Below are positions 6,765 through 14,568 of a DNA stretch of 17,600 nt, piece after piece. Each line of letters starts with the position of its first letter. The first letter of the stretch is position 1. The position numbers were made by a program, and so were the translations under genes. Source of the DNA: Candidatus Auribacterota bacterium (GTDB taxonomy: Bacteria; Auribacterota; UBA6266). The notes under the pieces were generated by a model. The model made no database searches. It had not been told where the DNA came from and saw nothing but the letters and a program-made list of their open reading frames with translations. Where the stretch lies: assembly GCA_023136205.1 (NCBI GenBank), contig JAGLRQ010000030.1, positions 1-17,600 of the forward strand. The letters run 5' to 3'.

Positions 6765-7430
6765 CTATTTCCACTCAAAATTGTTGCTCTCTGCTTTTAT
6801 TTCGGATTCGGTTAAATATTCAACATGGCTGTCGGCGAACAAATAGTTGGCTCTCTCTCCATGTCTTGTCCATGCTACAAAAGCAGCAAAATAAACCGTT
6901 TCTTCATTACTGTCTATCGTTGCTCCCTGTGATTCAGCAACAAGCAAAGCTTCCGAATACGGAAACTGGCACCAGTTTTTTTTCACATTGATATCGTTTG
7001 CCACGCTTTCCGATCCAGTACCTCCAAGTTTTCTTATATGAGCATTCATACCGTAGCTTCTTATAATACTCTTGCCCTCTCTTTTAGCCATTTTCAAATG
7101 CAACGGGCATATAAAAAGGTTTCCCGGTGCATTGCCCGCGGTTATATTTTTGTTAACTCCTGTGACATAACCGTTTCTTGCAAGAAAAACATCCCATTTA
7201 TAACTTGAACCTCCCTCGGTGTTAGCAAAAATTTTTGGATAATAATAGTCATAATCCATCACATATAAGTCCAGGGCAAAGCCAATCTGCTTCATATTAG
7301 ACATACAGGCCGCCTGCAAACCCCTCTTCTGAACAGAATTAACGGCAGGTATGATAACAGCTATCAAAATAAAAGCTATGGCAACAACAACCAGGATTTC
7401 TATGAGTGTATAGCCATATTTATTTTTCAT
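6765..7430 (-). CDS. prepilin-type N-terminal methylation-domain protein of the H-X9-DG / DUF1559 family (H-X9-DS variant)
   Basis: 221 aa. The class III signal is MKNKYG|YTLIEILVVVAIAFILIAVIIPA, with Gly at -1 and Glu at +5. The C-terminal motif TRHGERANYLFADSHVEYL puts exactly nine residues between His and Asp, followed by Ser rather than Gly. Confidence 0.85.
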   Translation of the reverse strand: MKNKYGYTLIEILVVVAIAFILIAVIIPAVNSVQKRGLQAACMSNMKQIGFALDLYVMDYDYYYPKIFANTEGGSSYKWDVFLARNGYVTGVNKNITAGNAPGNLFICPLHLKMAKREGKSIIRSYGMNAHIRKLGGTGSESVANDINVKKNWCQFPYSEALLVAESQGATIDSNEETVYFAAFVAWTRHGERANYLFADSHVEYLTESEIKAESNNFEWK

Positions 7431-7451
7431 AAAATTACCATCAGCCCCGGG

Positions 7452-8096
7452 TTATCTCAATTTGTCATGGTCAGGCCACCCTTTAACAAAGGGCCAGAAT
7501 GTTACTGTTCCATCAACAAATAAATAATTTTTACCGTCACCGTGCATTTCAGCCTCACCTGCTTTAGGGTTATCATACATTAGAACCCTTTTTGAATCAA
7601 TATCATGGAGAGGAGAGAAAGGAGCATTCGCAATGGTATCATCTCCGGCTGTGGGCGCGGGCGGAGACGGATAATATACTGCCATTACTGTTTTCTCACC
7701 GGCATCCATACCAGCAAAAGCAGGATTTAATCTTGAATAATAGCTGTCGTGGTCAACTCCAGTTGGGTCACCTTTCGTCCTGAAAGAATCAGCAGGGCAA
7801 AGGTAAGATTCCTCATTTTCAATGTAGCCAAGGGTATAAAAGAGCCTATGCCCATTGTTAACAATAGGAAAGGAACCCCAATCCTGACAGTAAATTTTAA
7901 AAGCGACACCAAACTGCCTGAGATTGTTCGCGCAGGAAACTCTCCGCCCGCTTTCCCGAACCTTTATTACAACTGTAACAATAAGGCCGCTAAGCGTAGA
8001 AATGATAGCAATTACGAGAAGAAGTTCCATGAGGGTGTATGCATGACTTTTCCCCGCAAGATTGAAATAACTCCTGGTTTTTAGCTTATTGTTCAT
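7452..8096 (-). CDS. prepilin-type N-terminal methylation-domain protein of the H-X9-DG / DUF1559 family
   Basis: 214 aa. The hydrophobic N-terminal helix is YTLMELLLVIAIISTLSGLIVTVV, with Glu at +5. It follows a 19-aa leader ending KSHA, so the -1 residue is Ala, not Gly. The C-terminal motif MHGDGKNYLFVDGTVTFW is a canonical H-X9-DG. Confidence 0.8.
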   Translation of the reverse strand: MNNKLKTRSYFNLAGKSHAYTLMELLLVIAIISTLSGLIVTVVIKVRESGRRVSCANNLRQFGVAFKIYCQDWGSFPIVNNGHRLFYTLGYIENEESYLCPADSFRTKGDPTGVDHDSYYSRLNPAFAGMDAGEKTVMAVYYPSPPAPTAGDDTIANAPFSPLHDIDSKRVLMYDNPKAGEAEMHGDGKNYLFVDGTVTFWPFVKGWPDHDKLR

Positions 8097-8232
8097 GGCT
8101 ATAACACCGTATGTAGTATTTAGTCCCCTCCGGGGAGGCTACGCTACGCTCCGCACTATCTGGTATCTCGTATCTAGTAAAGAAAAAGCGTAAAAAAAAC
8201 AATGTCTATTAAATAATCTTCTCTTACAGCGA

Positions 8233-11200
8233 TTAAATCTCTTCCTCTTTCATCAATATTACAGTTACGGGAGTGGTACTTCTGTCAACTATGGCGCGCA
8301 TTCTTTTTCTTGCCACAATTTTATCTCCCGGGTCAAAATTGGAATCTTTATTTTTATCAATTATTCTTTCCGCCTGGATAATTACTTCAAAGATATCGCT
8401 TCTTACAGTAATGAGATTGGCAATTTTTTCAAATATCTCCGGTGTAATAACAGTTCCATCAATAACATCACCTATTTTCTGATATGGGGTATTACCTATT
8501 ATTTGGGTCGCTTCCGCGGCATTAATTCCCGGCAGTGCCTGAAGGGCAACCCCCGACGCGGTATTGATATTTATTCTCCCCGGCACCCTGCCGGTTAAAG
8601 GCATGGTATTTCCCGCGGGCACAGAATTATTAACTGCTCTAGGTATAAGAACAAGGTAATCAAAATAATTTTCATTGTCGGGAACACCGGGAGCGCCGCC
8701 AAATGCATTTCTCCACCAGGCGGCAAGTTTAAATTGGAATGACCCTCCATTAATACAGTAAGGAGCTTCTTCAAACCTATCAAAACGATATGGATAAGAA
8801 GTCGCTCCATCCCATGTAGTTTTCCACGCGCTGTGATTGGGCAGAATATAATATATTGTATTAGAAGACCCGGAATCCGCGTATGTATCTGTTGCCGGGT
8901 CATAATCATAAAAATCCATCCTGAAGCTGTTCACTTCATCATAGTTGGGATCTTCAACTTTATCATCATCGTTCTTATATTTTCCATAAAGAACTAAATC
9001 GTAATAACCGTCGGGAACGTAAACGCCTTTTACACCGTTGGTATAGGTAAAGGTATCATGTCCACCTGCCCAGTTTGTCCTTCCATTAGTACCGCTTTTA
9101 AAACAACCGTTTCCGTTAGGGTCGGCGGCCGCGTCCCAGGCCCAGTTTGCCCCTGTATGGGAGGAACACTGCTCCGCGGCAATCACAATGCAATTGTTTG
9201 TAAACCTGTGGGCAATGTTCTTAAGATCCAAGTCAGAAAACGTACTGTTATAAGTTGTCTCAGCGAGATACATATTCCTCAGCATCCCCGCGCTCACCGC
9301 GGGTTCATCCAGAACAGCGTAATTGTTTATTGTTTTATAGGGTTCAGTGTTGGTAAAACTTGTGTCATTATTCGCTTTTCCCGGCGAAGCAAAAATTCCT
9401 GCCGCGGCGGTAAATCCATATCTTTCTTTCCACCGATGAATCCAGTCAAACGAACCAAAATGCTCCTGCTCTCTTGGAGCAAAAGGAGATTTGCATTCCT
9501 GCGCGCAATTAGCAGAGTATTCAGGATGCGGATTGTCGTCTTCCAGCCTATCATCACCATCAGTCACAATCTCATCGGAATCCTGCAAATCATAAAAACA
9601 ACTTGCTAACGTTATGTTAGGTGACGATTCCTCCTGAATCCACACCTCTCCACGCAAATGGTTACGATGCCATTCCGTATTGTCCCCCGGATCCTCCATT
9701 TGAAAAACATCGTATTGTTCTTCCGCATCGTTGCCCCATGTTATATCACCATTTCCATGGCAGGTAACAAAAGATACAAAATTAAATCCAGCGGCCCATG
9801 TCCCGCCAATAGGATTTCTTCTCGCGGCAAAAACAACATGTTCATTTGAAGCAATAACTCCACCCGGACCCATCATGGTCGTCGCATGATCAAGGTCCTG
9901 ATCTTTTGACTGGTAACCAGCGCCATCCCACCACTTTACCATAAGCTTAAGCCCATTTACCGGAATATCCTGTTTTGAACAATTCCAGACCTCAACATAG
10001 TTTGTATGGCCCCGTTGGTCAAGCTCCATGTTCTCTATACGAATTCCGTTTGAAAGCGGATCCGTAACATACCTGAATGTAATTATATCATTTCCCCCTC
10101 CGTCAAACCACCAGACCCCGGGATTGCTTACAGCGGATGGACTATTCCACCATTGAAATTGATCGTTGTTCGCATCTTCATCACCAAATGGACCTGCAGG
10201 TACTTCCAGAATTTCTGATTTAGTTCCAGCTGAATTAGTAAGCAGAAGAGTAAATTTGCCTATTTTATCATCGGTATCATCCCCCGGAGTACCGCTCTCA
10301 TCATACCAGCCTTTATATTTAACCTTAACCTCGTAATAACCGGGACGCCTGATATCAGGATTAAACGACCAGTCCCTTAGTACGCCTGTAGAGTCCCGCT
10401 CATGTTCATGAAAAGCCAATTTACCGTTATCAGTTACAAAACCAAAAGAAGAATCACCAAGCCAACCGTTCACACCAGCTGCGGGAGAATATTTAACATC
10501 CCATAAAGCCGGATTTTCACCGAATTCTCCAAATTTAATCATCTGATGGGGGTTTGTAAATACTTCATTAATCACCAGGCCTTCACAACCGAAATATTTA
10601 ATCCCCCCCAACACAACCTCGGTAGGAATACAATCAGTATCAAAATAATCTACCGCGTTTACGAACTTCTGCTGCCAGTTGGAGATGGTTGATGTGGCGG
10701 ATGAGTCACTGGTTTCCTCAGGATTCATAAACGGCCTGTACATATCATGCCAGGAAGTTAAGTGATTTAAATTTGTTTTGGGCAGCCAGTTTTCCCTCCA
10801 CCAGTTGCCGCTTCCGGGATCGCGGTAATTTGATATATCATGATCCCATGACCACAATGTGGCATAGTTTCTCCAATCATCTATATCATCCTGTCCAACA
10901 CCTGATACACACTGTGCAATCTGCTCCATGGTTGTCCACCTTGTGTCATTGTCCTGAGGTGACTCAAAAATATATTCACCGGGTTCATCAATGCCCTCAT
11001 TTGCCTCATCTATACTGTTGTCTCCATCATTATCCATAAAATCATTCATTAAAATATCATTACTATAATTATCATCAGTTGCCGAAAGCCCGGGCAGATT
11101 TCCTGTACCAAATCTGAATTCATTGATTCTCCGGGAAATTGCAGACCCTATCCCCCAAATTTCGGTCATGTCAACTTCATAAGTTGACCAGCCCTGACGA

Positions 11201-11655
11201 GCCGCGTTAAGATTATAACCCGCAACATTCAGGTTTATCTTTGAGGCCTCATCATTAATATATATCGCGAATCTGCCGAGAAGCCCCTCTCTATTTCCCC
11301 AGGGCGAATCCATATAGATCCACTTTGAGTCAGAATTCCCATCATCGTTCAAATCTACATCGGTACCATCAAATCCAGTCCACCAGCATTCGGAAAAATC
11401 ATCAAAAAGGTTGTTTGCTGCCGCCATATCCTCAAGCAAATCGTATCTTAAAATTTCTGCCGCGTATTCAAGTGCGGAACGGGTTAGGAGTTCTGTCTCA
11501 AGTTCATAGCGGTAGTTGTTGGCGAGTTTCGCCTCAATAGACATAGTGGTGGAAAATGTTACTGCCATAACAGAGAGGACCATGAGGATAAGAAGCGTAA
11601 CTATAAGCGCCATTCCCTCTTTTGATTTATAAAATTTTTGTTTGGATGTTCTCAT
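8233..11655 (-). CDS. gspK: giant GspK-like minor (tip) pseudopilin with a ~700-aa insertion including a split lamin-tail-domain-like module
   Basis: 1140 aa with an ATG start at 11655..11653.

GspK hallmarks:
- the N-terminus KEG|MALIVTLLILMVLSVMAVTF, which lacks Glu at +5;
- GRFAIYINDEASKINLN (res 127-143);
- C-terminal GRININTASGVALQALPGINAAEATQIIG (HhH, res 1026-1054);
- ITVRSDIFEVIIQAE.

Between these lie an Asp-rich putative Ca-binding stretch, NDFMDNDGDNSIDEANEGIDEPGEY (nt about 10972..11079), and LTD-like strands GLVINEVFTNP (LVINEV = 10578..10561) and NYVEVWNCSKQDIPVNGLKL...GGVIASNEHVVFA (YVEVWN = 9999..9982). Both nucleotide positions were verified by hand. Confidence 0.8.
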   Translation of the reverse strand: MRTSKQKFYKSKEGMALIVTLLILMVLSVMAVTFSTTMSIEAKLANNYRYELETELLTRSALEYAAEILRYDLLEDMAAANNLFDDFSECWWTGFDGTDVDLNDDGNSDSKWIYMDSPWGNREGLLGRFAIYINDEASKINLNVAGYNLNAARQGWSTYEVDMTEIWGIGSAISRRINEFRFGTGNLPGLSATDDNYSNDILMNDFMDNDGDNSIDEANEGIDEPGEYIFESPQDNDTRWTTMEQIAQCVSGVGQDDIDDWRNYATLWSWDHDISNYRDPGSGNWWRENWLPKTNLNHLTSWHDMYRPFMNPEETSDSSATSTISNWQQKFVNAVDYFDTDCIPTEVVLGGIKYFGCEGLVINEVFTNPHQMIKFGEFGENPALWDVKYSPAAGVNGWLGDSSFGFVTDNGKLAFHEHERDSTGVLRDWSFNPDIRRPGYYEVKVKYKGWYDESGTPGDDTDDKIGKFTLLLTNSAGTKSEILEVPAGPFGDEDANNDQFQWWNSPSAVSNPGVWWFDGGGNDIITFRYVTDPLSNGIRIENMELDQRGHTNYVEVWNCSKQDIPVNGLKLMVKWWDGAGYQSKDQDLDHATTMMGPGGVIASNEHVVFAARRNPIGGTWAAGFNFVSFVTCHGNGDITWGNDAEEQYDVFQMEDPGDNTEWHRNHLRGEVWIQEESSPNITLASCFYDLQDSDEIVTDGDDRLEDDNPHPEYSANCAQECKSPFAPREQEHFGSFDWIHRWKERYGFTAAAGIFASPGKANNDTSFTNTEPYKTINNYAVLDEPAVSAGMLRNMYLAETTYNSTFSDLDLKNIAHRFTNNCIVIAAEQCSSHTGANWAWDAAADPNGNGCFKSGTNGRTNWAGGHDTFTYTNGVKGVYVPDGYYDLVLYGKYKNDDDKVEDPNYDEVNSFRMDFYDYDPATDTYADSGSSNTIYYILPNHSAWKTTWDGATSYPYRFDRFEEAPYCINGGSFQFKLAAWWRNAFGGAPGVPDNENYFDYLVLIPRAVNNSVPAGNTMPLTGRVPGRININTASGVALQALPGINAAEATQIIGNTPYQKIGDVIDGTVITPEIFEKIANLITVRSDIFEVIIQAERIIDKNKDSNFDPGDKIVARKRMRAIVDRSTTPVTVILMKEEEI

Positions 11656-11664
11656 GATTTACTT

Positions 11665-12402
11665 TCAATCTCCCCTGGTATTTCTAAGATATATTTCAGA
11701 AACAAATTTTTTGCTCAATTCCATCATCAAAGCATTATCACTGTTTGCCTTCTTCGCGTCCGCGTCGCTGAGGCAATGCATTTCAACCCTTATGGCCGTA
11801 GGCATACCCCCGTCAGTATAACTGCTCCAGGTAGTGCTCCAGGTACTGTCCCTTTCATCATAAAAATACAGCATCATCGCCTTAACGGCATATGCCGCAT
11901 CCTGCGCCGTGTTCCAGTTTGCCGAAATTTGGGGATCCACAAACGTGTCGGCCTTACAAAGCCTTCGAAGTTTATCATCCGAAAAATCCGCAGTGCCCTC
12001 AGTATCAATCCTGTAACCCACCTGGTAAAGCCCCTCAGCAGTAACCTTATTAAAAGCAATTTGTGAAAGTGGATAAGCCAATGTTCCATTATTAAGGCCG
12101 TCAACATCATATATTCTGTTGGCATGATACACCGCATCATAGGGGTCATATATCATTTCCGTAAAATCTTTTCTCATAAGGTCCATAGCAAACATGGCAT
12201 CCTCAAATGTTTCAACATTTTTCATTGAGTCATTCCATATCCTGTTCGCGTTTGAGAAAAGAGAGGTCATAGCCGCTACCACTATCGTGAGAACAGCCAT
12301 GGCAGTTAGAGTCTCAATCAGAGTAACCCCTCTTAAAGATTTAGCCCGCGGGCCAACCTTATCAGTTGTAAATTTCAATACTATAAGTTTTCTTAAGTTC
12401 AT
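11665..12402 (-). CDS. gspJ: GspJ/PilW-like minor pseudopilin
   Basis: 245 aa. The ATG at 12402..12400 is preceded by AAGAGGGA. The class III signal has an unusually long 25-aa leader: ...AKSLRG|VTLIETLTAMAVLTIVVAAMTSLF, with Glu at +5. The gene sits between the GspI-like and GspK-like genes, with a 9-nt gap to the K-like gene. Confidence 0.7.
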   Translation of the reverse strand: MNLRKLIVLKFTTDKVGPRAKSLRGVTLIETLTAMAVLTIVVAAMTSLFSNANRIWNDSMKNVETFEDAMFAMDLMRKDFTEMIYDPYDAVYHANRIYDVDGLNNGTLAYPLSQIAFNKVTAEGLYQVGYRIDTEGTADFSDDKLRRLCKADTFVDPQISANWNTAQDAAYAVKAMMLYFYDERDSTWSTTWSSYTDGGMPTAIRVEMHCLSDADAKKANSDNALMMELSKKFVSEIYLRNTRGD

Positions 12403-12420
12403 ATTCCCTCTTAATCAGAC

Positions 12421-12948
12421 TTACGGCAACTTAACAAGAAACGAAAACTTGGTAAATGCCGGCATTGTTAGTGAAAATGCCGAAGGCAGCCTTTCCTTTC
12501 TGAAAACAAATAAGTCAATCCTGTAAAGGTCATCTATAGCATCATAATATGACATGTCAAAACTGTCATGCGCGTCTCGTCTGCAAGCCGCCCAGAAAAA
12601 TTTTGCGTTGTCCTTGAATGGATACGGCCCGGAGGAACTGTCATACGTCCAGCCCGCGCTGTCCCACACTATATAGTTGAAAGAATTACCATCCCAGCAA
12701 ATAAGGGGGCCCGGGCTGCCGCCGCTTCCCAATAAACTGTCAGGACGTCCATATAATAGCTGGCTGATTTTAAGCTGTGCAAGCATTGTTGCGCTAGCCG
12801 TATCATTAGCATTGGTTACCGCTCTTATTCCAACGGGAAAAAGAGACATTATGCCTAACACCCCTATAGAGAGAATGAGGAGAGAAGCAACAACCTCAAC
12901 CAGTGTAAAACCTTCCGGTTTCTTTTTTCTTTTAAAAATGTTTTTCAT
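12421..12948 (-). CDS. gspI: GspI/PilV-like minor pseudopilin
   Basis: The ORF-track start at 12969 is TTG and lies inside the upstream gene. The ATG at 12948..12946 sits 1 nt after the upstream TAA, with GGGGAA about 9 nt upstream. It gives MKNIFKRKKKPEG|FTLVEVVASLLILSIGVLGIMSLFP. Confidence 0.7.
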   Translation of the reverse strand: MKNIFKRKKKPEGFTLVEVVASLLILSIGVLGIMSLFPVGIRAVTNANDTASATMLAQLKISQLLYGRPDSLLGSGGSPGPLICWDGNSFNYIVWDSAGWTYDSSSGPYPFKDNAKFFWAACRRDAHDSFDMSYYDAIDDLYRIDLFVFRKERLPSAFSLTMPAFTKFSFLVKLP

Positions 12949-12949
12949 T

Positions 12950-13459
12950 TTAATATTCCCCAAAATCAAGAACTCTTGTTCTTCCTAAATTGGAAGTTAC
13001 GGTTACACATATAAATTCGCTGCTGTTTTTCTTCTTATTAAGTCTCCAATGTCCGGCCGGCACATCTGCTGTCCCTATTGGTTTAAATTCCACATATTTT
13101 GTTCCGGTAGTGTCATAAGCCGGCGGAGGAGTTCCGGAACCCACAGCAAGCTGAAGCGAGCTTGGGACATACCAGATTTTGTCAAAAAGATTCGGAGGTG
13201 TTTGATCATCATAGATTCCAACATATTGTGAATCAAGATTTGTCCTCACTTGATAAACAACATTTCTTGTTATGGCCAGGTTTCTTGCCAGCCTCATCAA
13301 AGAAGCTAGCTGTGTAATAGAACCCTTAAGTTCTATGTTTTTACCAAACATACCTATCAACGGAAGAGTAACAGACATAATGACAACCATTATGCCTATA
13401 ACCATAAGCACTTCCAGCAGTGTAAAACCCTTTATCTTTAAATTTAGGATACGTCTCAT
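12950..13459 (-). CDS. gspH: GspH/FimT-like minor pseudopilin
   Basis: 169 aa. The N-terminus is MRRILNLKIKG|FTLLEVLMVIGIMVVIMSVTLPL, followed by QLASLMRLARNLAITRN, typical of GspH/FimT. A GGAAGAG Shine-Dalgarno sequence lies 4 nt upstream. Confidence 0.7.
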   Translation of the reverse strand: MRRILNLKIKGFTLLEVLMVIGIMVVIMSVTLPLIGMFGKNIELKGSITQLASLMRLARNLAITRNVVYQVRTNLDSQYVGIYDDQTPPNLFDKIWYVPSSLQLAVGSGTPPPAYDTTGTKYVEFKPIGTADVPAGHWRLNKKKNSSEFICVTVTSNLGRTRVLDFGEY

Positions 13460-13489
13460 TTTACTCTTCCCGTTTTTTGCTGTTTTCCC

Positions 13490-14029
13490 CTACTCCCAAT
13501 TCGTAATGTTATCCGCGGCGGTACTTAAATCCTCGTCAGGCCCAGCAGAATAAATATCAAAAGAATAAATGTTGCGATAAGGGGCATCTCCACCCGCGCC
13601 ATTGTCATCGTCAGACTCGTAATGGTACTCGTTGCCCCATGGATCAACTATTTCGTATTTCCCGTCAGGTTCAGAATCTGCCACCCCGATACCCTTTGAA
13701 ACATCTCCCTTAAATTCTATATAAGGCCCAGCGTATATACTAGCGTTAGCCGTCGTCCATGGAGTAGTTAAATAACTGTATAATGGTTCAGTTGGGTGGT
13801 TATCACCGGTAACGTCAGCATCAGGAGGCAAATCTCCGAAATCCATCTCATACATTTTTATTGCCGCGCCAATACTCTCAATCATTATTTTAGCTTTAGC
13901 AGCTAACGCCTTTTTCTTCGCGACTCCCATAATCGGCAGAATAATTCCCATCAATATCGCGATTATCGCCATCACGGCTATCATCTCGATTATGGTAAAT
14001 CCCCTAAAATTCTGTTTCTTGTCTTTCAT
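13490..14029 (-). CDS. gspG: GspG-like major pseudopilin, paralogue 3
   Basis: 179 aa. The N-terminus is MKDKKQNFRG|FTIIEMIAVMAIIAILMGIILP. It carries the GspG signatures VDPWGNEYHYES, FDIYSAGPD and the C-terminal ADNITNWE. An AAGAGGT Shine-Dalgarno sequence lies 8 nt upstream. Confidence 0.85.
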   Translation of the reverse strand: MKDKKQNFRGFTIIEMIAVMAIIAILMGIILPIMGVAKKKALAAKAKIMIESIGAAIKMYEMDFGDLPPDADVTGDNHPTEPLYSYLTTPWTTANASIYAGPYIEFKGDVSKGIGVADSEPDGKYEIVDPWGNEYHYESDDDNGAGGDAPYRNIYSFDIYSAGPDEDLSTAADNITNWE

Positions 14030-14045
14030 ATCTGATTAACCTCTT

Positions 14046-14567
14046 TTATTTCCAGTTATTTATGTCATCCGGCTGATTTCCCGCCGCGAAACCCGCTCCT
14101 GTAACTCCATCAGGCCCGAGTGAATAAATATCAAAAGTGTATACATTGTGAAAAGGCGGCCGTGTAGAAACAAGAGCATCCGTATCAGCCTCATATTCAT
14201 ATGGATTGCCCCAGGGGTCCACAAATTCACTGTCCCCATCACCATCGCTGTTACCAACCCAATCCGTTTTCGGCTCAATATACGGGCCGTAGTATTCATT
14301 AGCAACAGAATCATAAAACCGGTTTGTAAGATATATGTATAAAGCCTCCGAAGCAAGGTCTACAGTAATATAATCAGCGGGATAAAAGCCGGCATCACTT
14401 TTATAAGATTCAATTGCCGTTACAAGATGGGATATCAACGCCTTAGCCTTAACTTTGTTCGCGTTCTTTCTCACGGTTGTAACAGCAGGAATCAAAATAC
14501 CGGCAAGAATCGCGATAATCGCGATAACAGCCATCATCTCTAAAATTGTAAAGCCTTCTTTTTTCAT
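14046..14567 (-). CDS. gspG: GspG-like major pseudopilin, paralogue 2
   Basis: I prefer the start at Met28 of the track ORF. That ATG (14567..14565) lies 1 nt after the upstream TAA (14571..14569) and has GGGGAAGAGG upstream. It gives MKKEG|FTILEMMAVIAIIAILAGILIP. GspG signatures are VDPWGNPYEYEAD, FDIYSLGPDG and the C-terminal DDINNWK. Confidence 0.85.
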   Translation of the reverse strand: MKKEGFTILEMMAVIAIIAILAGILIPAVTTVRKNANKVKAKALISHLVTAIESYKSDAGFYPADYITVDLASEALYIYLTNRFYDSVANEYYGPYIEPKTDWVGNSDGDGDSEFVDPWGNPYEYEADTDALVSTRPPFHNVYTFDIYSLGPDGVTGAGFAAGNQPDDINNWK

Positions 14568-14568
14568 T

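Noticed and set aside
8595-8909. Same-strand, alternative-frame small ORFs nested in larger genes: 8595..8909, 9327..9560, 11874..12149, 14060..14356, 7727..7912 and 3061..3258.
   Set aside because: They are fully contained in much longer ORFs that carry strong domain evidence. I see no independent signals, and the translations look like frame-shifted noise.
9058-9609. Plus-strand ORFs inside the long minus-strand genes: 9058..9609 (183 aa), 11638..12066, 12194..12526, 12677..12988, 7749..8084, 13272..13553, 10773..11039, 17269..17577 and others.
   Set aside because: All lie antisense to ORFs with clear family signatures. Their translations are low-complexity (Cys/Arg/Ser/Ile-rich) with no recognisable motifs, start context or Shine-Dalgarno sequence. 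They are typical shadow ORFs.
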